Below the pieces are notes generated by a model that worked only from the letters and a program-made list of their open reading frames with translations, was not told where the DNA came from and made no database searches. Shown here in pieces: positions 12,698 to 25,975 of a stretch of DNA of 64,000 bases. The DNA is taken from assembly GCF_006345805.1 (NCBI RefSeq), contig NC_042997.1, positions 13,330,001-13,394,000 on the forward strand. Direction: 5' to 3'. Numbering within the stretch: position 1 is the first letter of the stretch; each line of letters starts with the position of its first letter. This stretch comes from Octopus sinensis. Lineage: Eukaryota. The translations under genes and the position numbers were made by a program.

Positions 12698-15289
12698 TTT
12701 AGGCATCACGCTTTGTTTGACATGTCAAGAGTCCTGTATCTTGACCCTGGCCGAAGCAGCAATTGTTGGGTTATTTTTAGAAATGTTGTAAATATCCTTT
12801 GTCAGAGATTTTTATATTTTTATATTTCAATTGTCATCATCATCATTGTCAGCACCTTAATTATTGTTGCTAGTGGTGATGGTGGTGGCAATAGAACTTT
12901 TAACCCTAAATAAGATAAATTTCCTGCTATCTTCGTCTTGATCACCTTTAGTATTGTTGTTGTTGTTAGTGGTCATGGTCGTAGCAGTGGAAGTATACCT
13001 CTAAGTATTATTATTATTATTATTGCTTATTTAGCTTGGGTTCGAATTTATCAATAAAATTCTTTTCTCTGATTTCCTCTCGATTTCACTGGGCTGTGTA
13101 ATTTGTAGAATGGAAATATTATATATATTTTCCGACCACATGTTGCTAGGTGGTTACTCAAAGGTATCTGACGGACCTCTGGGTCTCTAATCTGTTGCCG
13201 GTGTACACGTGAGCGTTCTAATAGTGCGTTTCCCGTCTGACCTACATATATTTCTTCACAATTTGGGCATTTGATGCAGTAAATTAAATTCTGCTTTTGC
13301 AGTTCATATTCGCGTTTGTGAATATTTTCCCGGTTTTGTGTTTATATATTGACCGGTATGTATGAATTGGCATGTGCCACATCGGCTATCATTGCATTTA
13401 GATACCGTGAATGTTTGGTCTTTGTTGCTGAGGTCAAATTTTGCCTTTGTTAGTAATGTTTTCAAGTTTTTAGGCTGTCTTTTACTAAGCACCATAGCTC
13501 GATCCGTGATTATGTCTTTTAATTCATTACTTTGGGCAATGATTGGTAGGTTTGCTTTGGCAATGTTGAAGATATTCTGGTGACATGGGTTGTGTGTCAC
13601 TATGAATGGTATGACTTGTTCTTGTTTTCCTCTTCCTTGGGTTGTCCTAAGTTGTTGTATAGGTATTTTTATAGCCCGCTGTATGCCATTTTCTATAAGT
13701 AGAGATGGGTATTTTTGTTTGAGCAAAAATTCTCTTAGTTCTATTAGGCGTTTGTTCCTGATATTTGCATCTTCTACATAGTACAAATTCTTCTGGCTAG
13801 GCAGTATGGGATGTTACGTTTGTATGTGGTGGATGGCACGACTTAAAATTTAGGTATTGATGTGTGTCTGTGTGTTTATAGTATATATCTGTGGTGATGG
13901 TGGTGTCTTTTTTAATTACCATTATATCCAGGAATGGTAATTTGGTACTACTCATCTCCTTTGTAAATTGGAGAGATGGGTGTAGGTTGTTCAGGAGGAT
14001 ATTGAACTCTTCCAGAGTATTTAGAGATTCTGTCCAGATTATGAAACAGTCGTCTAGGTATCTCTTCATGCCTTTTCAATATACTTTCTAAACCCAGTGC
14101 CATAGTTTACCTCCACCTCTTGGTAGAGTTGTTCTTCTAAGTATCCCATTACAGAGTTGGCGTAAACGGGAGCAAACCTCGTTCCCATCGCCGTGCCTCT
14201 AATTTGGATTGTATTCTTTCCATTGAAGAAGAATGTGTTATTTTCTAGAATAAGCTTGACTGTGTCTAATATAAATGGCACTGTGAATTGCTGGGAATCA
14301 CTTCTCTATGTTTTTCTAACCAGTATTTAATCGCCTTTATTCCTAAATCGTGTGGAATATTGGTGTAGAGGCTTACCACATCAAAACTTAGTAAAACTGA
14401 ATTTGTTTCTGTTGTTTTGGGAAGATGGGACAGGAAGTCGATGTCATCCCTGATGAAACTTGGTATGTAAGTACATAGTGGTTTCAAAAACAATGTCAAT
14501 AAAATTGCTTAGACGGTGTGTAGGGCATGCTGGACCAGCTATAATAGGTCTAAGTTTTAGGTCTTTTGGATGTAATAATTTTATGTACTCACTTTCTTGT
14601 TCTTTTACTGCCGTTGAATGTTTTTTGATTTGTGTATTTTTGGTAAGCCGTTTAGAAGTTGCTGGGTTTTGGTTCAAAATGGTGATGTAGTCTTTTTCAT
14701 TATCCGTAAGTGAGTTGTGGTGTGTTGAAATCAGGTTGTTGATCTTTTTCATGATGTGGTGGTCTATATTTGCGGGTATTTCACAATAGAAGGTTGTATC
14801 CTTCAGTTGGTCTTCAACCAAATCCTTATAGTATTCGGTATCCATAATAACAATTGCACCACCTTTATCTGCTTGTTTAATTATTATTGTTTGATCGTTT
14901 TGTATACGTTTACATGCAGACATCTCTGATTTGCTAATGTTTGGCCTAACATTGGTATATATATATATATATAATTTTTTTTTTTCGATTAGATTTATTA
15001 TTATTATTACTAATATTTTTGTTATACATACAAACATATGTAATGATAATAATGGGTGGATGTAAACACATGAACAAAATTAGAACAAAAGCAACAACAA
15101 AAACAAAATACAAATTACAAGAATGTATATAAACAGAAGATACAAATATTACAGGCATCCCCCCACACACACACTAAATAAACATAGACGCACATAGAGA
15201 TATAAGCATGCGCAAATGAAGACATGCAATAGAAATACAAAATGGCTGACGGTTAGTAGGAGAGACACAAATAAGTGAGAAGAAAACAA

Positions 15290-15334
15290 GGACCACTGAT
15301 GCGGTCACAGGAGTGTGACGAAAGAACTTTGGCC
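15290..15334 (+). ncRNA. Degenerate minimal type I hammerhead-like fold
   Basis: GGACCA-CTGATGC-G-GTCAC-AGGAGT-GTGAC-GAAA-GAAC-TT-TGGCC; A9->C and imperfect stem III palindrome. Confidence 0.5.
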
Positions 15335-15519
15335 GAAATAAGATTAAGATTAATGTAAAAAATAAATATCACTGAAGCAAAATAACACCAAATATATAGT
15401 GCGTGTGTTTTTATTGGCTAAACTGGCAATATGACCATTCCGAAATATAACAATATCTGTTTCAACACACGACTTCACATAAAAAATCTTGCACAACAAA
15501 TATTTAAACGTATATATAT

Positions 15520-15553
<34 letters not shown>

Positions 15554-15719
15554 ATATATATATATATATATAAATGTATGTGTATACCGAACAGAAGGGT
15601 CACACAGGAGAGCAAATAACTAGGGGAGATAACAAAGTAAAAGTGATCCCAAACGAAGGTGCACGTGTGTGTAAGAGAGTACGTATGCACGTGTGAAAGA
15701 GGGCTGGTGGTCATAACGT

Positions 15720-16150
15720 GTGCACATGTGTATGTATAGGTGTGAAAGTGTGGAGATGGGAATTGGGCAGTGCTGGTGCGTGGGTGGTGGTGTGTTGTGA
15801 TGTGTTGTGTGGTATGGTGTAGTGTGGTGTGATGTTGTTGGGAGGTGGGAGAGGCGAGAGTGGGGAAAGCGCGGGTGGGGTGTGGGTTAGGCTAAGAGTT
15901 GGGGTATGTGGGTAGACAGAGGGTGGGGGTAGAGGTGGGGGTTTGTGGGTAGACAGAGGGTGGGGGTAGAGGTGGGGTATGTGGGAGAGAGTGTAAGGGA
16001 TGGGATGGGGTTGGATGGGAAGGATAGGGAAGGTTGAGTAGGAAATTGTAGGGTGGGGTGGGCTTATGGGTGAGAGTTGACGATGAAGGGAGAAGGGGAA
16101 GGTGGTATGAGAGAAGAGAGAAAGAGAGTAAGAGAGGAGAAAGAGAGTAC
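15720..16150. repeat. G/T- and purine-rich low-complexity tract with short tandem repeat
   Basis: GGGTAGACAGAGGGTGGGGGTAGAGGTGGGG repeated twice within 15910-15977. Confidence 0.8.
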
Positions 16151-16384
16151 GCACATCTACTCACATATGCGCGAGAACGTGTTCGACACATATATTCATC
16201 TCGGTTTGATGGATTGATATATAGACAGCTATATTCATATGTAAATGCATACCCATATACATATGTACGCATATTAATGAAAGCTGAAATAAAATAACCA
16301 TGAATATATTTTAATAGATTTAAAAGAAAAGATGTACATGAATGGATATAAGAAGATACACAAAAGAGAAATAGATTGGCAGTG

Positions 16385-16795
16385 AGGCGCAGGAGTGGCT
16401 GTGTGGTAAGTAGCTTGCTTACCAACCACATGGTTCCGGGTTCAGTCCCACTGCGTGGCATCTTGGGCAAGTGTCTTTTGCTATAGCCCCGGGCCGATCA
16501 ATGTCTTGTGAGTGGATTTGGTAGACGGAAACTGAAAGAAGCCTGTCGTATATATGTATATATATATATGTATGTGTGTGTATATGTTTCTTTGTCTGTG
16601 TTTGTCCCCCTAGCATTGCTTGACAACCGATGCTGGTGTGTTTACGTCCTCGTCACTTAGCGGTTCGGCAAAAGAGAGGGATAGAATAAGTGCTGGGCTT
16701 ACAAAGAATAAGTCCCGGGATCAATCTGCTCGACTAAAGGCGGTGCTCCAGCATGGCCGCAGTCAAATGACTGACACAAGTAAAAGAGAAAAAGA
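16385..16795 (+). mobile_element. Abundant tRNA-derived SINE (family D), full length
   Basis: GGCGCAGGAGTGGCTGTGTGGTAAG...GGTTCAGTCCC, internal microsatellite, tail GGCGGTGCTCCAGCATGGCCGCAG...GTAAAAGA. Confidence 0.9.
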
Positions 16796-17554
16796 TAGTG
16801 ATAATATAAATACAGAGAAATAGATAATTTAAAGATAAGGTGAAAGTAAATTTAGAGACAAATTGAGAAAGCTGACGATAGATGACTATTTAAATAACGG
16901 AGTGAAAAACTGAAAGGTTAATGTGAACAGCAGAAGCACCAAAGCACATAAGGTTTAATAATGAAAGCTATAGACAAAATAGTACATGTATTTATATTTT
17001 AAAATTGCACCAAGAATTAAGCGGAAAAAATGAAGAAAAAAAACGAAGAACGAACGTGTATGAAAATACGTGTAGAAATGTTTCAAAAGAGATCATGGTG
17101 ATTAGGAAGATATGAATGAAATATTTATTCCTGTATGATAGAGAAAGACGTAAGATTAAGAAAGAACGATGGAATTATTGTAAATAAGTAGAAGAGACGG
17201 TAATGAGTGCGAATTAAGGGGAAAGTACTGCTACAGCGCAATAAATGTAACGTCAGATATAATGAGATAGAAGAAAGGAGCATTTATAACGGAGAAGAAT
17301 CACGTTTGTCAAAGATGTTTTATGTTGGCGAAGTACTGAAAAAAAAAAAAGAAACTTTAGTATATTGAGCGGAGGGGGACTGAGACAAAGGATAAGAAGG
17401 AAGACAGTGTGAAAATGAAGTAACACGTCATTTTTAGTAGCATTTTAATTGCCAGTAGGAAGCTTCTATTTGCAAAATGAGAACCTCTAGTCTTGACAGT
17501 TAGTGGCAAAGTGCGTCAAAAATCTTTGTAACTGCATTCGGTTATATTCTCTCT

Positions 17555-17862
17555 CTCGTCGCCCTTTTCAAGTCTAGCCAGGCTCATGGGCCCGGTTTCC
17601 CGGTTTCTGTGGCGTCTGTGTTCCCCCCAGCTGGACAGGATGTCAGTCCATCGCAGCGTTACTCAAGAAACAGGAAGAGAGAGTGAGAGAAAGTTTTGGC
17701 GGAAGAGTACAACAGAGGTCGCCACTACTCCCTGCCGGAGCCTCGTGGAGCTTTTAGGTGTTTTTGCTAAATAAACACACACAACGCCCGGTCTGAGAAT
17801 CGAAACCGCGATCCTCCGACCGCAAGTCCGCTGCCCTAACCACTGGGCCATTGCGCCTCCAC
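17555..17862 (-). mobile_element. tRNA-derived SINE (head type C)
   Basis: Homologous to 7330-7623. Confidence 0.85.
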
Positions 17863-17871
17863 TGCGCATTT

Positions 17872-18110
17872 TTAAAGCCTGGCAAGGCTCATGGGCCCGG
17901 TTTCCCGGTTTCAATGGCGTATGTGTTCCCCGGCTGGACGGGACGCCAGTCCATCGCAGAGTTACTCATTTTTGCCAGCTGAGTGGATTGGAGCAACGTG
18001 AAACGAAATTTTTTGCTCAAGAACACCACGCGTCGCCTAGTCAAGGAATAGAAACAACAATCTTACGATCATGATGCTGACTCACTAACCACTAAGCCAC
18101 GCGCCTCCAC
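17872..18110 (-). mobile_element. tRNA-derived SINE (head type B, tail shared with the adjacent type C copy)
   Basis: The tail GGCTCATGGGCCCGGTTTCCCGGTTTC is also present at ~17581. Confidence 0.85.
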
Positions 18111-18591
18111 TTTCGGTGATATTAGTGAAGAAAAATTAGTGAAATGGAAGGACAAGTACGAACAATCTGTCACACTCATACTACACACACGCATACTCTC
18201 ACACATGTGCGGAGGGGGAGGAGTATGCGTGTCTGTGGGGGTGTATGTGTGAGTGTGTACGTATATAAACAGTTCGGACGCATACAGACACACACACACG
18301 GAAAATAACACTCACGCAAACACACACACACACACACATGCATAGATGACTAATGAACCCAGCTCTTGATAGACATAGACGTCCAGAGATACTGCAGACG
18401 AAACTTGCCCCATTCACTACATTGCATTTTTGAGCAGTTCGCTGAAGCTCAGCATGCAAAATACGTGTTTCTTCTAAAATACTAGTCAAAAATAGTAGAC
18501 GCCAGCGAAGCCACCGGTATAAAGTATAATTTTGTCTTAGTGCATAGTGATGGCCTCTCTCGGTTACGAGACGACATCCATCATATATCAT

Positions 18592-18634
<43 letters not shown>

Positions 18635-18635
<1 letters not shown>

Positions 18636-18900
18636 TCACTTTGATCACTTTGACCGACCAGTCTGTCAGGCGTCCATTTCACACTGCTGGTCACAGCACG
18701 CTGTCCATTCCTCTCTGGATCGCGCCTTTCTCATCCACGTGATCCCAATCGTTCTCTTGAAATCGTCACTCCACCGTCGTGGACGTCTTCCGGGTGGTCT
18801 TTTCCGCTCACGCGGGTACCACTCGACAACTGCGTGCGTCCACCGATTATCGGTGAGCCGGGCGACGTGTCCAGCCCATGTATACTTGCTGCGTCCGGAG
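18635..18900 (-). mobile_element. RTE-clade LINE 3' end
   Basis: Minus-strand translation KYTWAGHVARLTDNRWTHAVVEWYPRERKRPPGRRPRRWSDD; abuts (TA)n. Confidence 0.85.
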
Positions 18901-18926
18901 CACGTATATAAGTTTAGTTACGTGCA

Positions 18927-18961
<35 letters not shown>

Positions 18962-19224
18962 TCAGACACACGTGAGATATGAGTGATATGACTGATTAAA
19001 CTTAAACAAATTCCCGGGTAATTTTCTATATAAATTTCCCTTAAGATTCTTTAAAAATCTACCCCATTCAAGACATGGCTACAAGTATTCATGTCATTTT
19101 GATTAAAGCTCTGTGTTACATTTAAAAATAAGCAAATGCTTGTCTTACCCAACCTTAAAACGCATTAACATTCTACAAAGAACATCGTAAAACCATAAAA
19201 CGTGAGATGCACTGTGCAGTCAGC

Positions 19225-19400
19225 TACTTCCTTACACAAGGGGCTAAACACAGAGGGGAAAAACAAGGACAGACAAACGGATTAAGTCGATTATATCGAC
19301 CCCAGTGTGTAACTGGTACTTATTTAATCGAACCCGAAAGGATGAAAGGCAAAGTCGACCACGGCGGAATTTGAACTCAGAACGTAACGGCAGACGAAAT
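19225..19400 (-). mobile_element. SINE family A, partial body
   Basis: Same body as 2006-2427. Confidence 0.85.
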
Positions 19401-19775
19401 GTTGAATAGTTAGAGTCTGTTTTGTTTTCATAGATATTTATATTTGGTCATCGATTCCGGGAAGTTATATGGGATCTTTTTATCTCTTCTAGTAAGCCAA
19501 AATGTGGCACTTTATTGGCCTTCTACCTTTTGGGTTTAGCAGACCGTTTTATTCTTTTACCTGTTTCAGTTATTAAGATGCGGTCATACTGAAGCACCAT
19601 CGCCTTGTAATCTTAATCGAACAAATCGATACCAATAACTCTTTTAAGTCTGGTACTTGCTCTATCGCTTTATTTTAGACGACCCGTTAAGTTGCTGGAG
19701 CCTAATAACCAACAGCGGTTATAAAGTATATGTATGCACATATACATATATCCCCATATCACGTATATACACCCA

Positions 19776-20005
19776 TTTCTTTACTACCCACAAGGGGCTA
19801 AACACAGAGAGGACAAACAAGGACAGACAAACGGATTAAGTCGATTATATCGACCCCAGTGCGTAACTGGTACTTAATTTATCGACCCCGAAAGGATGAA
19901 AGGCAAAGTCGACCTCGGCGGAATTTGAACTCAGAACCTAACCGCAGACGAAATACCATTAAACATTTCGCCCGGCGTGCTAGCGTTTCTGCCAGCTCGC
20001 CGCCT
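19776..20005 (-). mobile_element. SINE family A, monomer
   Basis: Complete head and body. Confidence 0.9.
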
Positions 20006-20479
20006 TTTATATACACCCACGCACTGACACATTTATGTATATATCAAATTCTTTCACAAGCTATTGAAGGCCCAGGGGTTATAGTGCCCAAGTTGCCGTA
20101 CTGTGGGATTGAGCACAAACCGCATTGTTATGAACATCTTCAACACTCAGCTACAACACCTATGGGGTTTTTCAATTATTATTAGGACGTTCGAAATAAG
20201 AGAATCATTAGAATGGATTCTATATGAAACTCAAAAATCCAGATTTGTCAGAAAATGTAGAACGCTTTTTCTTCTTTTCAGTTTTTTATAATTACATCTA
20301 CTACAGAATACTCAGTTACTTACTAATGAAGTGATAACCACTATTTACCAGACAAGAGGAATTCGCATCATCAATAATGACAGACCATTCTTGAGTGTGT
20401 GTGTGTGAGTGTGTGTGTGTGCGCGTATGTTTGTATGCGCATACATACATATACATACATACATACATATGCGTATGCG

Positions 20480-20780
<301 letters not shown>

Positions 20781-21234
20781 CTTTGAATAAATAAATAAAA
20801 GTGGCTTTTCTGATAATTTTTCCGCTTTTATGAGATGTTTTAAGTTATTAAGTGTTTAATACCAAATAACTTATAAACATCTAATTATTAAAATGGAAAA
20901 ATTACGAATGAAGTCATTTCTATTCATTCTTTTAAATATATATTATTGTACCAAGGACTTCCTATTTCTTAACAATGTGTATATATATAGATGCATATGT
21001 GTATGAGTGTTCGTGTGTGTGTCTATTTGTGTATATGTCTATTCGTACGCCTTGAAATATTGATATAAATGGAAAGAGAGACAGACGCATAATGCTACAA
21101 ATACATTAAAAAAATGGTCTCCATAGATCGCGGCATAAATCAACTTGTAGTTGGGAAAGTAGCAAATCCAAATTCTAGAGAAAAAAGAGAATATTTGAAT
21201 GCTTAACTGCACATTCAGATAACATTTAGATAGA

Positions 21235-21372
<138 letters not shown>

Positions 21373-21900
21373 GCTTAATAACATTTAAATAAACTTTAAT
21401 ACACTCAATGTATTTTCCAGCTATATATTTCAGATAGCAATTGAAATTACGAGAGGTGATTCTAATGCTGTATCGAGATGTGACTATTACATTTCTTAGT
21501 AAGTAGAAACATAATGTAAAGGGTGGGGGAAAGAGAAAGAAAAAAAAACTTTAAACTAGATTTGTTATTCAAGTATGTTCAGCCTTTGGCCCCCAAACCG
21601 AAAGAAACAGATTCCATTTGCTTAATTATCCTTTCATCTAGTACTTTGCTTCACCGGGAGACATTTTTTTTTTCCAAAAATCTAACAAAGATATTTGAGT
21701 CCTCTTAAAAGTATATCGAGGACAGAACATAGGCCGCTGGCATTCTATCGTTGCTAATGAATCCGAAAAATGAAGTACCGCAGTTATTTTACGTCTCCAT
21801 AAACGATAGTGCCTAAGAAATAGGAATTGATACAACTGGCTGATTTTTACAAGGAAGCAAATATATTTAAGCATCTATATATGTATTTACATATGTTTAC

Positions 21901-21934
<34 letters not shown>

Positions 21935-22445
21935 AGTATGTATGTATGTACGTGTGATTGTATGTATATAATAAGTGCATATATATGTGTGCGTATTAAT
22001 ATAAATGTGTGCATGTGTTTATACATATTATTATATCATTCTATCTATACATATATTTTATTTTTCTATTAGGCGTTCAAATTCAATAACCCTTATCTAC
22101 AGTTTATACCCTCAAAATATACGTATGATAATACCCTTCCATTAAACCACATATATTTTTCCCCTTTTTATTCTGCATTATTATTATGTTTTTCTATAGA
22201 TGATATTGCGAATAACGTCTATAAAGTAGATACAAAGAAAATATTACTCTTTTCTTCTATATGGAAAGTATTACTGACTCAAAAATGTTTAAGTCTTTAT
22301 TATTTTTTTTTAGTAAATAAAATGGAATTATGGATGTCAATATGATATCGACAGTAAACATTATGCATATATATTCTTACAGGCAATGCATATATTACTT
22401 CATGAATATTTCTGTATATCGTTGTATGTATGCACACACACACAC

Positions 22446-22485
<40 letters not shown>

Positions 22486-22519
22486 CTATGTGTATACGAA
22501 TATATGTATGCATATATTA

Positions 22520-22550
<31 letters not shown>

Positions 22551-22587
22551 TAAATAGATAGATACACAGATAGACACACACAGAGAT

Positions 22588-22645
<58 letters not shown>

Positions 22646-23759
22646 TATATATGCATATATATATAGGTAGGTAGATAGATAGATAAATACATTTATATGT
22701 CTACATATACATATACATACATATATATATGTCTATGTGTGTGCGTGCGTTCGTGTGTTTGTGTGTTTGTGTGTCTGTGTGTCCGCGCGAGTGCGCACGC
22801 GTGTATGTATCTATGTGTGAGTATATAACCTTGTTCTGCGAGTTATAAGCGCGAAATATATGTATGATAATAATCTTCGATAAAACAACATAAGGTTGTG
22901 TGTATATCGACCTCGATATACACACTGGGGGATATTTATAAAGCGCATGGTCTTGTCAATGCTACCACCTCGTGCCAGCCCACCGCATAATTGTGGTAGG
23001 CGAGGTGATATTCTATGCTTTAAATATCAGTATTCTGAATTTTGAATATCGTAATTAAGTTTTTGTACGTGTGCGCGTTTGTGTGTGTGTACATATGCGT
23101 GCGCTTGTGTATCTTCTTTGTGGCTCATTGCTTCTTCTTTTGGACCTTTGCCCTCTTCTGCCTGTTGAACCACCGGCGCACTCCTAGACCACATTCTCTA
23201 TTTGCTTACTACTATTGAGGAGCTACCTAAGTAGTGTCTACATTAAATGTGTGTGTGCCTGTACACACACACACATATATATATAAGTACATACATATTG
23301 ATAGGCATATATAAATACGTATATATTAACGTCATGTCGAACGAATGAAAGATAAATGATCGATGAATGATCGATACATGTATATGGGTTACTCAAAGTG
23401 AATTTCAATCTATTGACTTGAGTTTCACAACTTGGCGGTCTCCCGATAAGTGCTCGTTGAAAGTCGGTTTCATTTTATAATTGCATGATATAATCTTATT
23501 TCTTCGTGTGGGTGCTGTCTTGTGCTTGTTGTTGATTATTGGCTTGAATTTTGTATTTTCTGATTGGTTGTTTTTTTTTTCTTCCTCGTCATTTGTTAAC
23601 TTTTCAGCCTATATTTTACCCTTCGAAAAAATATCAATTTCAAAACAGCTCTCTTCCACACACCCACAGAAAGGGACACAAGAAAAATAAACTCAAAGAA
23701 TAACAAAGAAGATGCGGAAAATGAAAACGATTGGAAGTTTTCAGACACGAAACACAAAC

Positions 23760-24120
23760 TAAGTAGCTTGCTTACCAACCACATGGTTCCGGGTTCAATT
23801 CCACTTCGTGGCACCTTGGGCAAGTGTCTTCTACTATAGCCTCGGGCCGACCAAACCTTGTGAGTGGATCTGAAAGAAGCCCGTCGTATATATATATGCA
23901 TATATATATGTTTGTGTGTCTGTGTTTGTCCCCCCAACATCGCTTGACAACCGATGCTGGTGTGTTTACGTACCCGTAACTTAGCGGTTCCGCAAAGGAC
24001 CCCGGTAGAATAAGTACTAGGCTTACAAGGAATAATTCTTGGGGTCGAGTTGTTCAACTAAAAGGCGGTGCTCCAGCATGGTCACAGTCGAATGACTGAA
24101 ACAAGTAAAAGAGAGTAAAA
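23760..24120 (+). mobile_element. SINE family D, 5'-truncated
   Basis: Homologous to 16385-16795. Confidence 0.9.
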
Positions 24121-24816
24121 CAGAGTAATAAACGATAATGCACAAGTGTTTGTTCCAACGCCAACAAATATAAATATTTCACCAAAGCGGATGGCAACAT
24201 TTTTCGGCTAATGTTCGCATTAACATGAAACCAATGCGAGTCTAATAATCATTATCAGTAAAAAGTTTTAAAATACTTGTGTGTTAGTGTGTGTGTGTGT
24301 GTGTGTGTAATCGAACATTTCAAATATTATGCTTTACAAATAGCATTTGGTAATTTGGCATCTGCATTTATGTAGCACGAGTTCTGTATCTGCTACCTAA
24401 GATTGCATGATTTTAGCTGGTATATGCCAGTAACAGTCTAAGTCACTGTCTAATTCATGATGTCGTAATCGTCGGTGGGTGTCTGATATTTAACAATAAA
24501 CTTCACATCTTCTCCTCTCGGACAGTGGAAACACCCCGAGCGCTGCCACGGTGTTTTGACTTTAACAGTGAATACTAAAAACTGCAAATTCGAAATATAT
24601 TTTTGGTGTATGTAGCTTTTTCTATCTTACCTATTGAAATACTCAGTAATAATCTGTTCATAGTCAGTCTCTCAATGGAACTATAATAGGTTTCAAACTG
24701 ATCTGGTTAATTCCACTGTTTATTTTTTGGTTTTTGGGGGATTTTTGATCACAAACACGTTGCATATAAAGATAAATCTGTTGCTCATGTATATAACATA
24801 GAGTTTCCTTTAGATA

Positions 24817-25394
24817 TCGATATATTTAAAGCTGAAGTTGTCTTTGTGTGTGTGTGTGTGTGCGTGTGTGTGTGTGTGTGTGTGGCAGGTTTGGTAGCCT
24901 TCAACTAACACTTTCTCCTCCGAGACCCTGCAGTGCAAGTTGACCAAAACTGAGAGCATAATAGAAGGCTTGCTCTTCCTTCCGTAGAAGAAAAAATTCA
25001 AATCGGACCATGTTAAGACCAAAAATTATTTAGATCAAGTAGGTGCACTTTTTCTATGAAAATCCCTATTTCTTACGATTTTTTTACTGTTGTGTCGACA
25101 TTTTTCGGTGTATTTCAACCAGAAAAAGTGCGATCTGCATGCTGTTACTATCTACGATATTCAAATCAAACCATCAATGGGTATGTTTTGATTTTACAGA
25201 TACTTTTAGTTATACGTGAAGTAAAATAGTCATTACACATTTACACCACATCCAGAGCAAACTCGAGCATAGCCACACTATACTTTTATTGATAGATTGA
25301 AACTATGTCAAAACTTTGTTACCGCGACATCAAAGTCAGCCGTTTTAAGCGCAACTAAAATACAAACCTGAGCAACACCGGGCTATACTGCTAG
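24817..25394 (+). mobile_element. Non-autonomous Helitron-like element
   Basis: A|TC 5' end followed by a (TG)n tract; 3' hairpin CCTGAGCAACACCGGG then CTAG|T; inserted between A and T. Confidence 0.7.
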
Positions 25395-25744
25395 TCTTTA
25401 GATAAATTCAATATAACATTAACGCTTTATAACAAAGCTCAGTTAATGCACCGGCATATTTTCTAATCAAACAAGACACCAAGAGTGTGCTCAATATATG
25501 AATCGATAATTTATTTAATTTATTTTGATATGAATCAAATCCAATACTAAGTGGTCTTTTACTTACTTTATCAATGATGAGAGACGAAATCACTTCTAGT
25601 CTGATTTGAACTCGTGTTATCAAACAAAATCTCTGAAAACAAATCTCAGATATCTTGTTCAATGTTTCAACGATTCAGTCACAGGACCGATTTTTGCAAT
25701 TCAGTGATCTACTCGTTTTTACTCTATTAATTTTTATCTGCAAT

Positions 25745-25975
25745 ACCTATTTCTTTACTACCCACAAGGGGCTAAACACAGAGGGGACAAACAAGGACAG
25801 ACAAACGGATTAAGTCGATTACATCGACCCCAGTGCGTAACTGGTACTTATTTCATCGACCCCGAAAGGATGAAAGGCAAAGTCGACCTCGACGGAATTT
25901 GAACTCAGAACGTACCTGCAGACGAAATACTGGAAAGCATTTCGCCCGGCGCGCTAACGTTTCTGCAGTCACGCC
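25745..25975 (-). mobile_element. SINE family A, monomer
   Basis: Complete head and body. Confidence 0.88.

Larger units (their letters stand above)
12315..15040 (-). mobile_element. Near-complete but frameshifted Penelope-like element (Neptune-type) with 3' pLTR-like region
   Basis: IIKQADKGGAIV, KLRPII, SFDVVSLYTNIP, GTAMGT, RYLDDCF, KLPFLD, YKHTDTHQYL, CNDSRCGTC. Hand translation of 13025-13300 gives LIYCIKCPNCEEIYVGQT...HRQQIR. Confidence 0.95.
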
